Assembly: GCA_051003195.1 (NCBI GenBank)
Contig: JBPCLP010000032.1
Coordinates: 1 to 51,297 of the forward strand
Length of the DNA: 51,297 nucleotides
Reading direction: 5' to 3'
Origin: Candidatus Sumerlaeaceae bacterium
Lineage (GTDB): Bacteria > Sumerlaeota > Sumerlaeia > Sumerlaeales > Sumerlaeaceae
In this document: positions 47,492 through 51,297 of the stretch, in pieces
Layout of the letters: each line of letters begins with the position of its first letter
Position numbering within the stretch: position 1 is the stretch's first letter
Made by a program: the position numbers and the translations under genes
Notes under the pieces: generated by a model
The model's input: the letters and a program-made list of their open reading frames with translations, nothing else
Databases searched by the model: none
What the model was told of the DNA's origin: nothing

Positions 47492-47941
47492 TTAAATCTG
47501 CTCCTCGTCAGTCATTTCGTCCAACGGTGTACGGCCGGCATACCCGGCATCCAGTTCATGAAAGAAGTGGATGCCATCGCCGTCGGCCAATTCGTAACAA
47601 AGAAAAACTTCACGTCCTTCGAGCAAGGACGGAAAATCAATGAGCCCGCGCGTAAAGTCCTGGATCACGATGCCCTTTTGCTCCAACCCGGCAAGCAGGG
47701 CCGTGGCTGCTTTGGATCGCTGCTCGTTTGTCAGACTGCCATAATCGCCGGCAGTAGCAACTTTCTCCTTTTCGTGACCCGTCCCGTTGGAGTGACCATT
47801 GCCACTGTGCTTCTTCGTTGGCGCAACTTCAGACTTTGGCGAAAGTACAAGCGCGTGCACATGCGCGAACACTTCGCGCACGGTCGGCAGCAAGGCTTTC
47901 GCTTCAGCCAGCGTAAAGTGTCTATCGAACAGGAACCCCAC
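47492..47941 (-). CDS. DUF2203 family protein
   Basis: FTLAEAKALLP, GLIDFPS..EGREVFLC, FHELDAGYAGRTP. Confidence 0.85.
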   Translation of the reverse strand: MGFLFDRHFTLAEAKALLPTVREVFAHVHALVLSPKSEVAPTKKHSGNGHSNGTGHEKEKVATAGDYGSLTNEQRSKAATALLAGLEQKGIVIQDFTRGLIDFPSLLEGREVFLCYELADGDGIHFFHELDAGYAGRTPLDEMTDEEQI

Positions 47942-48142
47942 AAGCGCGTCAGTTCAGGTTGGCCGCGTTAGAAGGAAAGCAAAAAGACGACCGCCACGGC
48001 ATTTAAGGAATAGTATCGGCAGAATCCACCGCTAATTCTGCGTAGAACGCTGCAATTCGGGAACTTTATTGCCGTTTTGTTCATCTATCACTGGATGCCG
48101 TCGAGGGTATCTGCTTTCAATTCAGTTGGAGGATAGCTTGTT

Positions 48143-50677
48143 TTGACATCTGTGCGCGCACCGTGGTTTATATTATCAGCAGCCGGATGCCTGCTACTGG
48201 GGGGCTGTAGCGAAGGAGTGGAGAAGAACAGCCGTAAGGTCGAGGGTCAGTCGCAGGCAATGCAAACTCCAGGCACTGCCGCGCCGTATAATGCCGATGA
48301 CGAAGGCAAGGCGACGAAAAGTGATTCTTCCACTTCGCCCGAGCTGACGTTACAGCCTTCGAACCCCGTGAAATCATCTGCAGCAGGTGGAGCGGCTGCG
48401 AATTCGACGGATACCACATCCGCTCCGGCAGCCGGAAGCAGTGACAAAGTAACGACGCAGTCGGCAGGGGCACTAAGCGCCCCGTCCGATTCTGCGGTTG
48501 CCCTTGGCGGCGGCAATGAACCGGCGCCCGGCGGTATGAACGCGCCAGCGGAACAGCCGGCAGATTTTGCACAATCGCCAAGTCCTTACTTACGAGCGGC
48601 GTCAAAGTCGGAGATTAGATGGCAACCGTTCACAGCGAGCACGTTCGCTGCAGCCGCTACGTCGAACAAGCCTGTTCTCATCGATATCGGCGCTAATTGG
48701 AATCATCAATGCAGGATCATGGCGGCAGAAACGTACAAGTCCGCCGACGTCGTCCAGGCACTCAATGATCAGTTCGTGTGCGTCAAAGTAGACGCAGACC
48801 TTCAGCCGGATGTCGCGCAGCGTTATATGGCTGCATATCGTTTAATTAACCAGAACCGAGAGACTGAATACCCGCTTACTGTTTTTGCACTGCCCGATGG
48901 ACGTCCTTTTGACATTCTTTCTTTTGTTCCGGCACAGGCGCAAAGTGAACAGGCTGGTATGTCAGACCTTCTGAAACAGGTGCAGGAATTGTTCAGCGGC
49001 CAGTCTGCCCAGGTGCAGAAGCAGGCAGAACTGATCGAGCGGAAACTCGCCAGGCCTGCACCCGCGAAGGCGACGGCCGCTGTCGATGTGAGCGCCATTC
49101 GACAAGCTGTCGTCACGATGGCAAAATCTCCAGACGGTTCGTTGACAGAGAACGGTCCAGCAGTCGCGACTACTCTGCTGCAGCTGTATTCCGACAGCGG
49201 CGACAAAGCGCAGATGGAGCAGGCATCAAAAATCTTGCTCGACCAGTTCCGCAGCCCGTTACGCGACCAGGTACTTGGCGGGTATTTTAACGCGGGGGTT
49301 ACGGATCGCGCACCGAGATTTGAGAAACTGCTGCCGGTCCAGAGTTCCCTGCTGAGTGCAAACCTGCTGGCGTACGCCGCCAGCAGGAAGACACTGCACA
49401 AGGAAGCCGCCGAAGAAATCCTGAGATTCTGCCGCGATACGCTCGAAATTCAGGGTGGCGGATTTTACGCATCCCAGGATGCAGACTCGGCATCAAACGA
49501 CAACGGCGCCTATTTTACCTGGACGCGTGATGAAATCTTTCAACTCACGGGTGACACAGCCGAAGCCAGGATGTTCGCACATTACCTGAATGCCGGCGAG
49601 CAGAAAGCCCCGTTGTATGTTACACAGAAACTGCAACTGGCGGCGGACGCCAACGGGCTCAGCTACGAGCAGGCGCTCAAAGCTTTGCAGGAGCTTCGCC
49701 TCAAGCTGCGTGAATCGCGCATGCAGCAGGAGAATGTGCCATTTGTAAACAAGGCCGTTTATGCTTCGTGGAACGCAGACGCAATCATTGGCTATCTCGA
49801 CGCATTCAAGTACCTCGGCGACACGGCAGCTCGCGACTTCGCTTTGCAAACCGCCGATTTTATTATCAACAATATGGTGTCGCCAAAGCAGGGCGTGAGT
49901 CACGTCTTCCACAAAGGCCAGGCATCCGAATACGGGCTGCTGGACGACAATGCAAAATTTGCTGCGGCACTGATGCAGTGCTTCGAAGTGAGTGGCCAGC
50001 GCGAATACATGGAATCAGCCGAGTCGATCATGTCCTTCGTCGAACGGCGGTTTCTCGACCCGGAATGGGGCCTGTATACAGATCGTGCGCCAAGTCTAAC
50101 CGGTGCGGCGGGGCTTCAGAAGGTCGCCCTCTGCCCGACCGAAGATGTCTTAAGTGCCTCGCCAAATGCAGCCGCAGCGCAAGCGTGGTATGCGCTCTAC
50201 CAGGCGACCTCGAAAGACGAATATCGCGAAAAGGCGGAACGCATCGTGCAGGGCGGCATTGCACGAGGCGCACTGGAATCTTTACGCGGTGCGAGTTTCA
50301 GTCGCGTAGCCGCACTCGTAGCCACCGGGGCGCCAAAGGTTTTGATCATTGCCACCGCGGACGACCCCACCGCACAGGAGATGCACCAGGCTGCATTGCC
50401 GGTTTTCCGCATGGGTAAGCTCGTGGAAAGGATGACTCCGGAGGAAGCCGCAAAAACAGATTACCCACCCGCCAAAGATGGTGGAGCCATAGCATATGTA
50501 TGCACTGCGAAAAACTGTGCACCGCCCGTACGAGAGGCATCTAAAGTAGCTGACCTTGTGAAAACATTTGGGCGCCAGGAAGCAGCAAAAGCCCCGGCGA
50601 CTGAAGTTGCGGCTCCCGCTGCTGAAACAAGCAAACCTGTAGCGCCAGAACCTGCGGCCCAGAAGCAAACCATGTAA
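48143..50677 (+). CDS. YyaL/SPATA20-like (DUF255 thioredoxin + alpha/alpha toroid) lipoprotein
   Basis: Lipobox LGG|C and a low-complexity linker; SPSPYL, KPVLIDIG, VKVDADLQPDV, YPLTVF, FEKLL, GGFYASQDADS, AYVCTAKNCAPP. Confidence 0.85.
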   Translation: MTSVRAPWFILSAAGCLLLGGCSEGVEKNSRKVEGQSQAMQTPGTAAPYNADDEGKATKSDSSTSPELTLQPSNPVKSSAAGGAAANSTDTTSAPAAGSSDKVTTQSAGALSAPSDSAVALGGGNEPAPGGMNAPAEQPADFAQSPSPYLRAASKSEIRWQPFTASTFAAAATSNKPVLIDIGANWNHQCRIMAAETYKSADVVQALNDQFVCVKVDADLQPDVAQRYMAAYRLINQNRETEYPLTVFALPDGRPFDILSFVPAQAQSEQAGMSDLLKQVQELFSGQSAQVQKQAELIERKLARPAPAKATAAVDVSAIRQAVVTMAKSPDGSLTENGPAVATTLLQLYSDSGDKAQMEQASKILLDQFRSPLRDQVLGGYFNAGVTDRAPRFEKLLPVQSSLLSANLLAYAASRKTLHKEAAEEILRFCRDTLEIQGGGFYASQDADSASNDNGAYFTWTRDEIFQLTGDTAEARMFAHYLNAGEQKAPLYVTQKLQLAADANGLSYEQALKALQELRLKLRESRMQQENVPFVNKAVYASWNADAIIGYLDAFKYLGDTAARDFALQTADFIINNMVSPKQGVSHVFHKGQASEYGLLDDNAKFAAALMQCFEVSGQREYMESAESIMSFVERRFLDPEWGLYTDRAPSLTGAAGLQKVALCPTEDVLSASPNAAAAQAWYALYQATSKDEYREKAERIVQGGIARGALESLRGASFSRVAALVATGAPKVLIIATADDPTAQEMHQAALPVFRMGKLVERMTPEEAAKTDYPPAKDGGAIAYVCTAKNCAPPVREASKVADLVKTFGRQEAAKAPATEVAAPAAETSKPVAPEPAAQKQTM

Positions 50678-50686
50678 CACCATCCC

Positions 50687-50706
50687 GGAATACAGGCTTT
50701 AGCCTG
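50687..50706. repeat. REP-like short palindrome (CAGGC-TTTA-GCCTG)
   Basis: Same stem core as 3179-3197; lies between convergent genes and is followed by a C10 run. Confidence 0.4.
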
Positions 50707-50803
50707 GGCCAGCCCCCCCCCCGAGTTGCACGAATCGTATCCCACCCCGAAGTATAACCCAAAGCACCCACTCAGAGCCCCGGGCGGAACACCACACCCC
50801 TGG

Positions 50804-51297
50804 TTAACGTTGATACAGAATTGGGTTCAACTCGCTCGCGGCGAGTTCCCCTGGTTTGCAGCCGGGCATCCATGTCTCGAGATCAGCCTGTTGAAACTTA
50901 CTGCTGGGAGTCGTGCATCGCGCACCATCGGCAAAGTAGATGATGGTCATTACTTCCCGTAATGTATCGGTCTGGTTGCCAGGTGCTTTGTGTAGAGTCC
51001 AGCCCGAGTGAAAAGTGGCGTCGCCGGCTTTCATGTTGTCGACAGCGATGGGATAGCCCTTCTGCGCTACTATCTCGTTAATCATCGCTTCGGACGCATC
51101 GGAGATTTCTGCGGGACACACGTTTCCATCTTTATGCGACCCGGACGCAAACGTCAGCGCTCCTTTTTCGAGCGGAACATCAACAAGTGGCATCCACATC
51201 GTAATGGTGTCGGTGGTATCGAGAGGCCAGTAAAACTGATCCTGGTGCCATGGGGTAGGGCCACCCCCCGCTTCCTTATACAGCGCCTGGTCGTGGT
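50804..51297 (-). CDS. Phytanoyl-CoA dioxygenase (PhyH) family Fe(II)/2OG oxygenase (5' end outside the window)
   Basis: The frame is open to the window edge: HDQALYKEAGGGPTPWHQDQFYWP (HxD), GSH, ATFHSGWTLH, REVMT. Confidence 0.9.
   Translation of the reverse strand, partial: HDQALYKEAGGGPTPWHQDQFYWPLDTTDTITMWMPLVDVPLEKGALTFASGSHKDGNVCPAEISDASEAMINEIVAQKGYPIAVDNMKAGDATFHSGWTLHKAPGNQTDTLREVMTIIYFADGARCTTPSSKFQQADLETWMPGCKPGELAASELNPILYQR

Noticed and set aside
50713..50722. C10 homopolymer as a phase-variation tract
   Set aside because: It lies between convergent 3' ends, not in a CDS or promoter

Overview
A GC-rich, densely coding bacterial chromosomal window with about 45 CDS. I found no rRNA, tRNA, CRISPR array, transposase or integrase. 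It is Gram-negative (lptB, kdsD). My inference is a Sumerlaeota/BRC1-like lineage, based on the YDPTNGT-type pilin-like protein and the recurring C-terminal tails; this is not verified. Housekeeping genes (hup, recD2, rplM-rpsI, ruvX, lptB, lepB, kdsD, proS, queD, apt) are interleaved with envelope and glycosylation genes, two tandem type IV pilins with a sigma-54 promoter and an internal terminator, a Tat-exported PaoABC-like molybdoenzyme operon with an extra small Cys-rich gene, spmAB and several secreted proteins. The most notable signal is that three unrelated proteins with N-terminal signal peptides (4325-5417, 7725-9218, 41021-40464) end in the same short tail, [VA]-x-[DEN]-W-x-x-[YF]-x-stop, preceded by a Pro-containing linker. 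This is a candidate lineage-specific C-terminal sorting signal. One carrier is a pilin head domain that has lost its class III prepilin leader. Also seen: a G5 frameshift in one carrier, a putative Cys3-His zinc site in both pilins, an iteron-like repeat cluster with REP-like remnants in a 1.27 kb intergenic region, and several enzymes with degenerate active-site motifs.
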